DNA of 64,000 bases from Desulfatiglandales bacterium (GTDB taxonomy: Bacteria > Desulfobacterota > DSM-4660 > Desulfatiglandales > Desulfatiglandaceae), in NCBI GenBank assembly GCA_963662465.1, contig OY759599.1:7968001-8032000 (forward strand). Reading direction: 5' to 3'. This document shows positions 50,280 through 60,761 of the stretch, piece after piece (the stretch's first letter is position 1; each line of letters starts with the position of its first letter). The position numbers and the translations under genes were made by a program. The notes under the pieces are model-generated. The model saw only the letters and a list, made by a program, of their open reading frames with translations, searched no databases and was not told where the DNA came from.

Positions 50280-51830
50280 TCATTTTTCGTATAAATTAAA
50301 ATCCGGATACAGTTTTTGGGCACATTCGGGGCATATGCTATGGGAAAAGAGAGCTTCGGAATTTTTGGAAATATAACTCTCCAGGTGATTCCAGTACCCC
50401 TTATCGTCACGGATCTTTTTGCAACTGGCGCAGATGGGCAAAAGGCCGCTCAAAATTTTTACCTTATCAAGTGTCGCTTTAAGCTTTCTTACCAATTTAT
50501 CACGCTCCATCTCCACTTTTTTTCGCTCAGTGATATCGAATGATAAGGTCTGAACATACCGTTTTTCACCCAGATAGACGGGTGTAAAGGTATTCAAGAA
50601 ATATTTTCCGCTATTTTCATCTTCAAAAGTATAGGGTTTATTTTCTTTTAATATTTTTTCACCGATTGCCACTCTTTCCAGCAAAACGTTTTCGGGTAAA
50701 AAATCTTTGATATTTTTGCCGACAAGTTTTTCAGAACTCTGACGCAGGTTCTTCGCCATGGCCTCATTGCAGGTCACAACCTCGAAATTGTCCGCATCCA
50801 CTTCCATGATCATAATCGTTTCATTATCAAAAATCCTCTTGTATTTTTCTCTGCTTTCGATCGCTATTTCGTGTGAACCCCTTAATTCACGTTCGGCTTG
50901 TTTAATATCCGTTACATCGCGCAAGGCGCCAAGCGTAGCCGAAATCTCCCCTGAATGGTTCCGCAACAGCCTAATATTACATAAGGTTTCTACAATAGTA
51001 CCATCCTGCCTTTTGAGTGGCAAATTAAAATTATGAAATGATCCGCCCTCACTTGAAAGTTTTCTAACGATTGCTTCACGCGTTTCAGGATACGCATAAA
51101 GCTTTTCCATGTGAGTGCCGATCAATTCTTGAGGGGTATTGTAACCGCAAAGTTCTGCAGCTGCTGAGTTTGCTTCCGTGATGAACCCTTCGGCATCCGC
51201 CTTCAATATGGCCTCATTTAATGTATCGAAAAGGGCCGAATAGTTTTCCTTTCTTCGAAGGCGTTCTATGATATGACCGAGACGTTCACTGACAACTCCC
51301 ATCAGGTCTTTTTCTTCTTTGAGAAAAGGATCTCCTTCCTGACTGAATGCTTCCGCCCGTACCGCGACATCGAGTTTTCCAGCGGAAACATTTTCACAAA
51401 GGATACTGGAAGATAAAATGGCGTCTGTTTCAGTAAAATGACCGGACTCAAATTCCTGATTTCCAATTGTTATTCGGACAGCAGTACGTTCGGGATGTTG
51501 AAAACTCTTTTGAAAGACCTTTGCGAAATCCGCTAAAATATTCTCAATTTTATCATGTTTTTCGATGAGTCTCGATAATTTATAGAGGCAACGGAGTTCT
51601 TTCATCCTCTCCTTCAACGAATGATTAACCTCATCGAGTTCAAGGGCCTGAAGCTTTTTTTCGGTGATATCTTGTGATGCAGAAAGCAGGCTTGTGACAT
51701 TCACGTTTTCATGGTCAATTGAATTCAGAGCCTTTCGAAGGCGTTTATTTTCCTTAAGGCTGTCGCTGAGAGATTTTTCTAAGCGAGTAATCCGGCTCTT
51801 TAAATATTCAATGTTCTGCTCGGATTTCAA
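50280..51830 (-). CDS. GAF-like/PAS protein with C-terminal Cys/His domain
   Basis: Two PAS domains; ends LLPICASCKKIRDDKGYW...FSHSICPEC. Confidence 0.8.
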   Translation of the reverse strand: MKSEQNIEYLKSRITRLEKSLSDSLKENKRLRKALNSIDHENVNVTSLLSASQDITEKKLQALELDEVNHSLKERMKELRCLYKLSRLIEKHDKIENILADFAKVFQKSFQHPERTAVRITIGNQEFESGHFTETDAILSSSILCENVSAGKLDVAVRAEAFSQEGDPFLKEEKDLMGVVSERLGHIIERLRRKENYSALFDTLNEAILKADAEGFITEANSAAAELCGYNTPQELIGTHMEKLYAYPETREAIVRKLSSEGGSFHNFNLPLKRQDGTIVETLCNIRLLRNHSGEISATLGALRDVTDIKQAERELRGSHEIAIESREKYKRIFDNETIMIMEVDADNFEVVTCNEAMAKNLRQSSEKLVGKNIKDFLPENVLLERVAIGEKILKENKPYTFEDENSGKYFLNTFTPVYLGEKRYVQTLSFDITERKKVEMERDKLVRKLKATLDKVKILSGLLPICASCKKIRDDKGYWNHLESYISKNSEALFSHSICPECAQKLYPDFNLYEK

Positions 51831-51999
51831 TATTCGATACTCCTTTTTTGGTTAGGAAGGCTGTAGCCAAAGGCTCATCATTTTGAATTATCACTCACCC
51901 AACACACTGGAATAACATGACGACCTTCAAGTCAAAAAAGCCTGTACTCATACCAACGAAAGGTCAACACGGTATCCGAGAAGCCCAAGACCGGCCCGA

Positions 52000-52341
52000 C
52001 TATCTTTTCCAGATGTAGGATCCGTTTTGTTCGGCCGTAAACCCCATTTTTTTCCAGAATTCTCTCGCCGTGAAACGAACTCTGTCGGCTGTGATGGAAT
52101 CAAAGTGTTGTTTGATCATTAACAGGGTTTGCGTCGCATAGCCTGCTGATAATAGGTTTTTTCGCCGGCGACGTTCGAATCTTGGGAAAATATTGATGGA
52201 GTAGATGATGATCCTGTTTTGGCAGGTTCGGCCCCTGACTTTGCCCACCCGATTATTTTCAAAGTCAATATTCAGCCAGTCGTAATCAGAACACGCGTTG
52301 TGTTTAACTACCCTGAATTTTAGTTTGTTTTCTTGTTTCAT
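52000..52341 (-). CDS. Small GNAT-family acetyltransferase
   Basis: INIFPRFERR...GYAT...AREFWKKMGF. Confidence 0.7.
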   Translation of the reverse strand: MKQENKLKFRVVKHNACSDYDWLNIDFENNRVGKVRGRTCQNRIIIYSINIFPRFERRRRKNLLSAGYATQTLLMIKQHFDSITADRVRFTAREFWKKMGFTAEQNGSYIWKR

Positions 52342-52344
52342 GGT

Positions 52345-52953
52345 TCAACTCTCTTTTCTCTTCCAGGCCTCTCGGGCCAGACGGAGACTGATTCTCAGTT
52401 TCTTGTTGCATTGCTCCGTCAAAGGGGCGCCGTGCCCCGGATAAACGGTTCTGACATCTCTGCGGCAAAGCCGTTCGAGAGCGCCGATGAATGCGCTTTC
52501 ATAGGTGCTGCCAGCCGACTGAAGAAACAAAGGCGTATCTCCGGAAAAAAGGGCGCCGTCTTCCTGGCAGTAATAGCAGACGGAATCGCTGCTGTGTCCG
52601 GGTGTGTGAAAGACTTCGAACGTTCTGTCGCCCATCTGGATGATTTCGCCACCCCGAATGAAGTGGTCCACCCCGCTTAAGGCGCGTGAAAAGGCGAAAA
52701 CCACCGGATTAAATAACTCCCTGATACGACCCAGCATGCTGCAATGATCATAGTGGCTGTGCGTCAAAACGACCTGTTCTACAGGGCATTTGCCGAGCCC
52801 TGTCCGTGCGGCCAGAATCTTTTCAATAATGGTTTCATCCCTTCCCACATCCACCAAAGTGTTCTTGTCTTTTATGGCATTCCAGCTGCCGGTAATCAGA
52901 TACACATTAGACGTGTAGGTTTTTCGGTCCTTTGTGAGGTTCACAATTTCCAT
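52345..52953 (-). CDS. MBL-fold metallo-hydrolase
   Basis: THSHYDH, TPGHS, FSGDT, YPGHG. Confidence 0.9.
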   Translation of the reverse strand: MEIVNLTKDRKTYTSNVYLITGSWNAIKDKNTLVDVGRDETIIEKILAARTGLGKCPVEQVVLTHSHYDHCSMLGRIRELFNPVVFAFSRALSGVDHFIRGGEIIQMGDRTFEVFHTPGHSSDSVCYYCQEDGALFSGDTPLFLQSAGSTYESAFIGALERLCRRDVRTVYPGHGAPLTEQCNKKLRISLRLAREAWKRKES

Positions 52954-53103
52954 AATCTTATGCCGTTTCAGTTACCAAAATAAGGACCTCACTTTCAAAT
53001 GTTGCAGACGCTCTTTCAAGGCTTTTCCGGTTTCTGGAACCTCAGTCGATGGTTTCATCCGTATGTCCGCGGTACAGACTAAATATACAGCAGATAGAAC
53101 GTA

Positions 53104-53119
53104 AGCAATAAACAGACCA
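53104..53119 (-). promoter_or_regulatory. sigma54 -24/-12 promoter TGGTCTGTTTATTGCT
   Basis: GG-N10-GC spacing, upstream of the MBL operon and next to an enhancer-binding-protein gene. Confidence 0.6.
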
Positions 53120-53148
53120 CTGTCCATTATTTCGCTCTTTGAAAATAC

Positions 53149-53390
53149 GTAACCGTTTACGGTTGCCGGTTTACAGTTGCCGGTTCACGGTTTTTCAATG
53201 AATTATGGGTTTCCTTCATCCAGATTTACACTTTCTTGATGAATCGTTTTTGCAATTTTAATGAAGGATGCGGAATTATGTTGGGATTGATAACCGCAAT
53301 TTTCTAACTCTTTTCAAGAGGACCCCATAATCTTCCGTTATCCTCTGTTTTTCAACCGTAAACCGGCAACCGTAAACCGTGAACGGTTAC
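53149..53390. mobile_element. 242-bp MITE (family B) with heptamer-repeat inverted ends and 8-bp target duplication
   Basis: GTAACCGTT...AACGGTTAC ends, CGGTTGC/CGGTTTA arrays, GAAAATAC at 53141-53148 and 53391-53398. Confidence 0.88.
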
Positions 53391-53530
53391 GAAAATACAT
53401 AGTGAAAATGCATTTACGCTTTACAGATGTGTCAGCTTACATTAGAGTAAACTTTACGCTCCTGCCCGGCCATGACAAGCTTTTCCAGGGCCACAAGAAT
53501 CTAACCCTATCAATCGAAAGTATTTAAAAT

Positions 53531-55255
53531 ATGACGGCTAAAATATTGGTAGTAGATGATGATGAGAGCGTTCGTTTTGTTCTAAATATGGTTCTTTCCA
53601 GAGCTGGGAACCAGGTTTTGCTGGCGGAAGATTTTGATTCAGCTTGCAATATCATCAAAAAAGAGACGCTTGATCTGATCATAGCGGACATCATGCTCGG
53701 AGAACGAAGCGGCATTGAAGTCTTGCAGCAGGCCGGAAAGTCGGATGATTTCTGTCCGGTAATCCTGATTACGGGAAAACCGGATGTCACCACCGCGGCA
53801 GATGCCGTACGTTACGGCGCTTTTGACTATTTGACCAAACCGGTGGGGAAGGACCAGGTTCTTCGCATTTGCGACCGGGCCCTCAATCATAAACGGTTAC
53901 TGGATGAGAAACGCCAATTACAGGAAGAAAATGAAGAATATCGACGGAATCTCGAGGCCATTTTTGACAGCCTGATGGATGGCGTCATTACGGTGAACAG
54001 CGAATTGCAGCTGATCAAGGCCAATCAGAGGGCAGGAGAAATATGTGGTTTTTCTACAGTTGAAAACGCCGGCCGGGCCTGGCATGAAATCGGCGGACGC
54101 TGTTCCAAAAGCTGTCTCGGTATTTTGAAAAAGACTCTGGAGAGCAAAGAGAAGATCAGGGAATTTCGCACCGAATGTCAACATGAGGATCGGGAAGGGC
54201 AGGAAGTGCTTTTAAGCAGTACGCCTTTGGTGTACAAGGGCGGCAATTTCGCCGGTGTGGTGCTTGCGGTCAGGGATATCTCCAGGCTTAGCCGGCTCGA
54301 ACGTGAAATCAAAGAACGACATCATTTTCATAACATCATCGGAAAAAGCGAAAAAATACAGACTGTCTTCAGGTTGATTGAAGATCTGGCCCATACAGAG
54401 ACGACGGTTTTGATTACCGGCGAGAGCGGTACCGGAAAAGAGCTCATTGCAAAGGCCCTTCATTACAGCGGAATAAGGGCCAATAACCAGTTGGTGACCG
54501 TAAACTGCACCACACTGACTGAAAACCTGCTTGAAAGCGATCTTTTCGGCCATGTGAGAGGGGCATTCACGGGCGCCGTCAAAGACCGCCGGGGTCGCTT
54601 TCAAATAGCGGATAAAGGGACCATCTTTCTGGATGAGATTGGTGATATTTCCCCCTTGATTCAACTGAAACTGTTGCGGGTAATTCAGGAACGTGAATTT
54701 GAAAAAGTGGGGTCTTCATCGCCGATCAAAGTCGATGTAAGGCTGATTGCCGCCACCAACCGAAACATTCAGGAAATGGTTCAAACCGGGGAATTCAGGG
54801 AGGATCTCTACTATCGCTTGAAGGTGGTGGAGGTTGTTTTACCGCCCCTCAGGGAAAGAAAGGAAGATATTCCCTTGCTGACCGAACACTTCCTGGCCCT
54901 TTATCGCAAAAAACAGAATAAGGAGATTCGAGAGGTCTCCAGTGAGGTGCTGACCCGATTTCTGGCGTATTCCTGGCCCGGCAATGTGAGAGAACTGGAG
55001 CACGCCATTGAACATGCGTTTGTCGTCTGTCGCGGACCGGTGATGGGATTGGAACATTTGCCGGCTGAGTTCCGACTCTCCCCCCTGACGACAATCCGGG
55101 AAGAAGTGCTGAATGCCTCCCAAGAAAAGGAACGACTAATTGAGGCGTTGGATCGAACCGATTGGAACAAAGCCAAGGCAGCACGGCTTTTGAGCATCAG
55201 CCGCCCCACGATTTATCAAAAGATCAAACGCTTAGGGCTAAAACGTCCCTCCTGA
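53531..55255 (+). CDS. sigma54-dependent response regulator (REC-PAS-AAA-Fis HTH)
   Basis: GESGTGKE, GAFTGA, WPGNVREL, NKAKAARLLSISRPTIY. Confidence 0.93.
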   Translation: MTAKILVVDDDESVRFVLNMVLSRAGNQVLLAEDFDSACNIIKKETLDLIIADIMLGERSGIEVLQQAGKSDDFCPVILITGKPDVTTAADAVRYGAFDYLTKPVGKDQVLRICDRALNHKRLLDEKRQLQEENEEYRRNLEAIFDSLMDGVITVNSELQLIKANQRAGEICGFSTVENAGRAWHEIGGRCSKSCLGILKKTLESKEKIREFRTECQHEDREGQEVLLSSTPLVYKGGNFAGVVLAVRDISRLSRLEREIKERHHFHNIIGKSEKIQTVFRLIEDLAHTETTVLITGESGTGKELIAKALHYSGIRANNQLVTVNCTTLTENLLESDLFGHVRGAFTGAVKDRRGRFQIADKGTIFLDEIGDISPLIQLKLLRVIQEREFEKVGSSSPIKVDVRLIAATNRNIQEMVQTGEFREDLYYRLKVVEVVLPPLRERKEDIPLLTEHFLALYRKKQNKEIREVSSEVLTRFLAYSWPGNVRELEHAIEHAFVVCRGPVMGLEHLPAEFRLSPLTTIREEVLNASQEKERLIEALDRTDWNKAKAARLLSISRPTIYQKIKRLGLKRPS

Positions 55256-55446
55256 ACAGTTTCCTGCCGACATTTCCCATTCGACGTCCGAGATTTTCAA
55301 GGATTAGAGTTCTTTGCACATGTGTAAGTTTACACTTGTGCTAGATTACATGTTTGTGACCCGGCATGTGCCCCGAGTGCCGGTTTCTGAGGCCCAACAA
55401 CGCCATTACAAGTGAACTTCATTGTTTTCTCCTCTGGAATCTTCCT

Positions 55447-55462
55447 TGGCACGGGTTTTGAA
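55447..55462 (+). promoter_or_regulatory. Putative sigma54 promoter TGGCACGGGTTTTGAA for the che operon
   Basis: Strong -24 box, variant -12 (GA instead of GC); about 30 bp before the first gene. Confidence 0.55.
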
Positions 55463-55491
55463 TAAAGCTAAAGCCTGAAAAGGAGGAATCG

Positions 55492-57678
55492 ATGGCAGCA
55501 GTTCTGAGTGCTCTTCTTAAATGGGACAATGTCGGTGCGCTGAAGCAGGTTTTAAACCCCCAATATTTTCTTCGGCGATGGCGGGAGAATGGAAAAGGCG
55601 CCACTCCCACCCCTCCAGGCGCCTTCGACGCGACGGACCTCATGGGAATTTCAGAAGCGCTGGAATCCATTTGCCACGATTCTGAACCTGAATTTCTCAA
55701 GATCGGCAACACCCTCCAGAATTTTTACATCGAGGCCAATGAACTGGCACGGCACACCATGGACTCCGTCAAGGTAGTGGCAGGCGAGGGCAGCGGAAGT
55801 GTTCTGGTTAAAATCAAGAAAATCAGTGAGAACGCGCTCGACGAACTCAAGGCGCAGCAGTCACAGGTTGCCGGGCATCTGAAGGACGCCGACGACCTGG
55901 TAGAAAAACTTGTGTCCCTTTCAGGCATTCGCGGCTCCCTGCAAAAGATTGCCAAGTCCCTGGGCATCGTGGGGTTGAACATCGGCATTGAAGGCGCCAA
56001 GACCCAGGAATCCCAGGAGAAGTTTTCCGGGTTTTCAGTGGATATTAGGGGGTTATCTGAAAAGATGTCCGGTATTGGCCAGGCTGTCTATGAAGATGTG
56101 AATGCTGCCATGACCATCCAGCGATCAACATGCCGGGAGATTACGTCCGGGCTCGGGCGTCTCGAGACCTTGACTCAGGAAGCCGGCCTGACCGTTGACG
56201 GCGCGATTCAGCAGGTTGAAGCAATAACCAATGTTCTATTTAATGCCATGGAGAACACCCGCAAAAGTTCGGATGAAATCTCCCGACAGGTGGGCGATAT
56301 TGTCATGGCCATTCAGTTCCATGACAACATGCGCCAGAGGGTGGAGCATGTCATTGAGTCGCTCAATACCCTGGGCGATCGCCTCAAAGAAGGCTCTGTT
56401 GATCAGGGAGGAGACAAGGCATCTGAAAACATGGGGGAAATACTTTCCGTGCTGGAAATTCAGGCGGCGCAGCTGGGGCGGATTACTATTGAAATCGAGG
56501 GGATATCAGAAAATTTCGTTGGTGCTTTTGACAAAATCCGAAATCACCTGGACGGGCTGGGCGCAGGACTCACCTCCCTTGGGACTCATGAAGAAGACGG
56601 CGTCATCAAATGTGACGAGGCAGTCGCTGACCCCATCGAGAACCTGAAAAACTCGTTGAGTGCCCTTAACTGTCTTTTGGGGGACGGCCACGCCCTTATG
56701 GAAAGCATGGATGGCGCGGCAAGGGAGGCATCAAATGTGGTGGAAAAGGTGTCTTCTCACACTCGGGAGATCAAAGGCATCTGCATTGAAACCCATATGA
56801 TGGCCTTAAACGCCATTATTAAATCAGCCCATTTGGGCGATGAGGGATGCGTCTTTGAAGTCTTGGCGCAAGAGGTGAAAAGATTATCTGAAAGCGCTAT
56901 GGGGTTTGCCGCGGATGCGGAGCAAAACCTGGCCTTTATCAATTCATCGGCCCTTTCGCTTCGAGACATGTCATCCGGCGAGAAAGAAAAGCGGGTGGCC
57001 AAAGGTGAGGCCGAAGCTGTTTTAAAGACCGGATTTTATGAAATAGCATCTGACTACGAGCATTTCACGGAAAATTGCATGAAAGCCCAACATCGTTCAA
57101 ATGGTCTTAAAACCAACATCTCAGATGTCATAACCGGCCTTACATTCTTGCCTGAACTCTCTCAATCCCTGACCCGGCAGCGAAGGGCATTAGAGGACTT
57201 CATCGGTTGTTTGCGACCTCACGTAACCCAGGCGGGAATCCTCACACAGGTTGAAGTGGATAAGCTCGTAACGCGGTATACCATGGTGGAAGAGCGGGAA
57301 ATCCACGATGAAATGCTGGGCCGTACGGTGGCAGCCGGTGCAATTGCTTCTGTTGCAAAAGCTTCCCTGAATGACAATATCGAACTTTTTTCTGACGCAG
57401 CAGTCGATGATGATGGGATTGAATTGTTTGAGAGCGAAGTCGATCAGCCGAGTGAGGAAGACACCGCATCCCATCAGGATCAAAATGTTGAACTTTTTAC
57501 AGACAGTCCAACCGGAACGGAAAATACGTCGGATGGAGATGTGGTGCTTTTTGAAGATTTCAGTACGGATTCAAAACCGATGGCGCTGGAAGAAACGCTA
57601 ACGGAAGATGTTGATGCGACAATCGATTCCAAGCGGAATGAGGCGGAAGATTTCGGTGATAACGTTGAGTTGTTTTAA
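55492..57678 (+). CDS. Atypical soluble MCP-like protein with acidic tail
   Basis: GLNIGIEGA, AIQFHDNMRQRVEHV, MALNAIIKSAHLGDEGCVFEVLAQEV; ends GDNVELF. Confidence 0.8.
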   Translation: MAAVLSALLKWDNVGALKQVLNPQYFLRRWRENGKGATPTPPGAFDATDLMGISEALESICHDSEPEFLKIGNTLQNFYIEANELARHTMDSVKVVAGEGSGSVLVKIKKISENALDELKAQQSQVAGHLKDADDLVEKLVSLSGIRGSLQKIAKSLGIVGLNIGIEGAKTQESQEKFSGFSVDIRGLSEKMSGIGQAVYEDVNAAMTIQRSTCREITSGLGRLETLTQEAGLTVDGAIQQVEAITNVLFNAMENTRKSSDEISRQVGDIVMAIQFHDNMRQRVEHVIESLNTLGDRLKEGSVDQGGDKASENMGEILSVLEIQAAQLGRITIEIEGISENFVGAFDKIRNHLDGLGAGLTSLGTHEEDGVIKCDEAVADPIENLKNSLSALNCLLGDGHALMESMDGAAREASNVVEKVSSHTREIKGICIETHMMALNAIIKSAHLGDEGCVFEVLAQEVKRLSESAMGFAADAEQNLAFINSSALSLRDMSSGEKEKRVAKGEAEAVLKTGFYEIASDYEHFTENCMKAQHRSNGLKTNISDVITGLTFLPELSQSLTRQRRALEDFIGCLRPHVTQAGILTQVEVDKLVTRYTMVEEREIHDEMLGRTVAAGAIASVAKASLNDNIELFSDAAVDDDGIELFESEVDQPSEEDTASHQDQNVELFTDSPTGTENTSDGDVVLFEDFSTDSKPMALEETLTEDVDATIDSKRNEAEDFGDNVELF

Positions 57679-57702
57679 CAACTTAAACAAAAGGAACGAT
57701 AA

Positions 57703-58020
57703 ATGGCAATCCAGATCGGAAAAGAAGAAAAAGAGGGAAAGTGCCTGCTCATTCTAAATGGGGATATGTGCATTTACGACGCGCAAGTCATCTTGAATGA
57801 GATGCGGGAGGGGTTTAGTGGGTACGATGGACTTTTTCTGGATCTTGAAGGGGTAACGGCATGCGACATCACCGGCGTGCAACTGATTTGTTCCGCGCTT
57901 AAGACTGGAGATGATGAAAAAAAAGGGTTTGGCGTGTTAAATGCCTCGACCCCCGTCACGAAAGCATGGGCTCAGGCAGGCGTGGATTCTGAAAAATTTC
58001 CCAGCGAATCAAAAATTTGA
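57703..58020 (+). CDS. STAS-domain protein
   Basis: LDLEGVTACDITGVQLI; position before cheY. Confidence 0.85.
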   Translation: MAIQIGKEEKEGKCLLILNGDMCIYDAQVILNEMREGFSGYDGLFLDLEGVTACDITGVQLICSALKTGDDEKKGFGVLNASTPVTKAWAQAGVDSEKFPSESKI

Positions 58021-58083
58021 AGTAACAGGGCGCGGGAATAAGGATTTCGGCAACAGTACTTTTTTTGTCATGAGGAGGATTAA

Positions 58084-58449
58084 ATGGGCTATCACGTCAT
58101 GACGGCGGATGACTCGGCAAGTATGCGTCAGATGGTAAGTTTTACACTTAAACAGGCGGGCTACGAAGTCGTGGAGGCTGTAGATGGATGCGACGCACTG
58201 GATAAACTGAAAGGTTCCGGTGTCAATATGCTGCTGACCGACCTCAACATGCCCAATATGGATGGTCTGGAACTGATCAGAGAGGTTCGAAGTCTGCCTG
58301 AGTTCAAATTCATGCCGATCATTATGCTGACAACGGAATCGGAAGTCACCAAAAAACAGGCAGGCAAGCAGGCGGGCGCCACGGGCTGGATTGTAAAACC
58401 CTTTAAGCCTGAGCAGTTGACCGCCGTTGTAAAAAAAGTTCTGGGATAA
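58084..58449 (+). CDS. cheY: CheY response regulator
   Basis: ADDSASMR, TDLNMPNMDG, GWIVKPF. Confidence 0.92.
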   Translation: MGYHVMTADDSASMRQMVSFTLKQAGYEVVEAVDGCDALDKLKGSGVNMLLTDLNMPNMDGLELIREVRSLPEFKFMPIIMLTTESEVTKKQAGKQAGATGWIVKPFKPEQLTAVVKKVLG

Positions 58450-58486
58450 TGAATTTTGGCATGCAGTCATTTAGTCTCTGAGGGAG

Positions 58487-60601
58487 ATGATGGATATACA
58501 CAGGGAGACATTCAAGCAGGAAGCCTATGAGCTTCTGGCTAAACTGGAAACATCTTTGCTGGAACTGGAAGAAAGTCCGAATGACATGGAAATCGTCGGC
58601 AGTGTCTTCCGTGCCATGCACACCATCAAAGGCTCGGGGGCCATGTTCGGGTTTGATGATGTGGCCGCATTTACCCACCAGGTGGAGTCCGTTTTTGACA
58701 TGGTTCGGGGAAGACGCATTCCGGTGACCAAAGAACTCGTGGACCTGACCCTCAATGCTTGTGACTGCATTCACAAAATGGTGGACGGGGCTCCCGTACC
58801 TGAGGCTCTGCTGTTGAAAACGACCGATGGATTCCAAAAATTGCTGCCCGTTGCTGAATCCGGTAATGATCTGGTAGCGGAAAATTTGAGCAGCGCAATG
58901 ACCTTCGAAACCGAGCCTTCGACCCGGACGTTTTCCATTCGATTTAAACCCCACAAAGAGATTTTGTCATCCGGCGCCAACCCCATCCTGCTCTTGGATG
59001 AGCTTTGTGAAATGGGAGACGGCAAGGTCATCGCCCTGACGGGCAATATCCCCTCTTTAAAGGATCTCAATCCCGAGGAGTGCTGTTTCAACTGGCACAT
59101 TATTCTCACCACAAAGGAAGACGAAAACGCGATTAAAGACGTTTTTATCTTTGTGGAAGATGAATGCGAACTCGATATTCGGTGTCTTGAAAACGAGGAT
59201 GAGGAAGACGTTGAAGATGTACGGAAAATCGGCAAGATCCTTGTGGAACGAGGTGATCTACGGCCTGAAGACCTTCAGGCCACGCTCACAACCCAAAAGC
59301 GTCTGGGTGAGCTTCTGGTGGAAGCCAAAGTGGTGGATGCCGGAGCTGTTGACGCGGCTTTGGTGGAGCAGCGGAGAATTAAGGCGCGACGTGAGGAGAC
59401 TCGGGAAAAATTAACCGCTTCCAGCATACGGGTCAGTGCGGAGAAGCTGGATACCCTCGTGGATCTGGTGGGAGAATTGGTGACCGTACAGGCCAGTCTG
59501 AGCCAGAAAGCGGGCATGGTAAACGACGCCGAATTACTTTCCATTGCCGAGGAAGTGGAGCGTTTGACCGCGGATCTGCGTGATAATACCATGAGTATCC
59601 GCATGCTTCCCATCGGTACGACTTTCAGCAAGTTTAAACGTCTGGTTAGAGATCTTTCAAACGAATTGGGAAAAGAGGTTATTCTCACCACCGAAGGAGA
59701 GGAAACCGAACTGGACAAAACCGTGATCGAGCGTCTCAACGACCCAATGGTTCATATCATTCGAAACAGCATAGATCATGGTATCGAAATCCCCTCCGAC
59801 CGGAAGGCAGCGGGTAAACCCACACGGGGAACGGTTCAGTTATCGGCCATTCATTCCGGAGCCAACGTGTTGATTCGTATTTCAGATGATGGGGCCGGAC
59901 TTGACCCTGATTCGATACAGGCCAAAGCCGTGGAAAAGGGCTTAATCGCCGCTGATGCGGAAATGACCGAAAAAGAAATCTTCTCCCTGATACTGGCCCC
60001 GGGATTTTCTACGGCAACAAAAATTACCGATGTTTCCGGACGCGGTGTCGGCATGGATGTGGTCAAACGGAGTATTGAAGCGCTCCGCGGATCCGTCGAT
60101 ATTGCCGCCCAAAAAGGCCGGGGGACCACCATCACATTGAAGCTGCCGCTCACCCTTGCCATTATTGACGGGCTTCTGGTTCGAATCGGCGTGGATTTCT
60201 ATGTGCTTCCGCTCTCAGCGGTGGAAGAATGTGTTGAACTGACGCGTGACGAGGTTGTGAACACCCGGGGCCGCAATCTGATTAACGTTCGAGGGGAGAT
60301 CGTCTCCTACATTTTATTGAGGAAACTGTTCAAAGAGAGTGGCCCCCCCCCTGACATTCAGCATATCGTTATCGTGGGAATCGACGGCCAGCGGATCGGT
60401 TTTGTGGTGGATACGGTGTTGGGTGAGCATCAAACCGTCATCAAGAATCTGGGCCGTATTTACAAGGATGCGGTAGAATTTTCGGGGGCTACAATTCTGG
60501 CTGACGGGACCGTTGCTTTAATCCTGGATGTTCAAAAGATAACACAGACTGCACTCATCGAAGAACGTCAGCTTCAGAGGGATACATTGGAAAAAAGGTA
60601 A
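58487..60601 (+). CDS. cheA: Chemotaxis histidine kinase CheA
   Basis: FRAMHTIKG Hpt, HIIRNSIDHG, VSGRGVGMDVV, C-terminal CheW domain. Confidence 0.95.
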   Translation: MMDIHRETFKQEAYELLAKLETSLLELEESPNDMEIVGSVFRAMHTIKGSGAMFGFDDVAAFTHQVESVFDMVRGRRIPVTKELVDLTLNACDCIHKMVDGAPVPEALLLKTTDGFQKLLPVAESGNDLVAENLSSAMTFETEPSTRTFSIRFKPHKEILSSGANPILLLDELCEMGDGKVIALTGNIPSLKDLNPEECCFNWHIILTTKEDENAIKDVFIFVEDECELDIRCLENEDEEDVEDVRKIGKILVERGDLRPEDLQATLTTQKRLGELLVEAKVVDAGAVDAALVEQRRIKARREETREKLTASSIRVSAEKLDTLVDLVGELVTVQASLSQKAGMVNDAELLSIAEEVERLTADLRDNTMSIRMLPIGTTFSKFKRLVRDLSNELGKEVILTTEGEETELDKTVIERLNDPMVHIIRNSIDHGIEIPSDRKAAGKPTRGTVQLSAIHSGANVLIRISDDGAGLDPDSIQAKAVEKGLIAADAEMTEKEIFSLILAPGFSTATKITDVSGRGVGMDVVKRSIEALRGSVDIAAQKGRGTTITLKLPLTLAIIDGLLVRIGVDFYVLPLSAVEECVELTRDEVVNTRGRNLINVRGEIVSYILLRKLFKESGPPPDIQHIVIVGIDGQRIGFVVDTVLGEHQTVIKNLGRIYKDAVEFSGATILADGTVALILDVQKITQTALIEERQLQRDTLEKR

Positions 60602-60677
60602 CTGTTCACGGTTTACGGTTGCCGGTTTACGGTTGAAAAACAAAGGCAACTGTAAACCGGCAACCGTGAACGGTTAC
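60598..60677. mobile_element. 80-bp family B element supplying the cheA stop codon
   Basis: GTAACTGTTCACGG...CCGTGAACGGTTAC; flanks GAAAAAAG and GAAAAAGG. Confidence 0.85.
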
Positions 60678-60761
60678 GAAAAAGGAACTCATTCATGATC
60701 TTTTTTGTAAATATGATAACTGTCGCAGACCATGACGCCGGTACTTTTTAAGGATTAACCA

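Noticed and set aside
58457..58472. TGGCATGC as an internal sigma54 promoter
   Set aside because: No GC at the -12 position.
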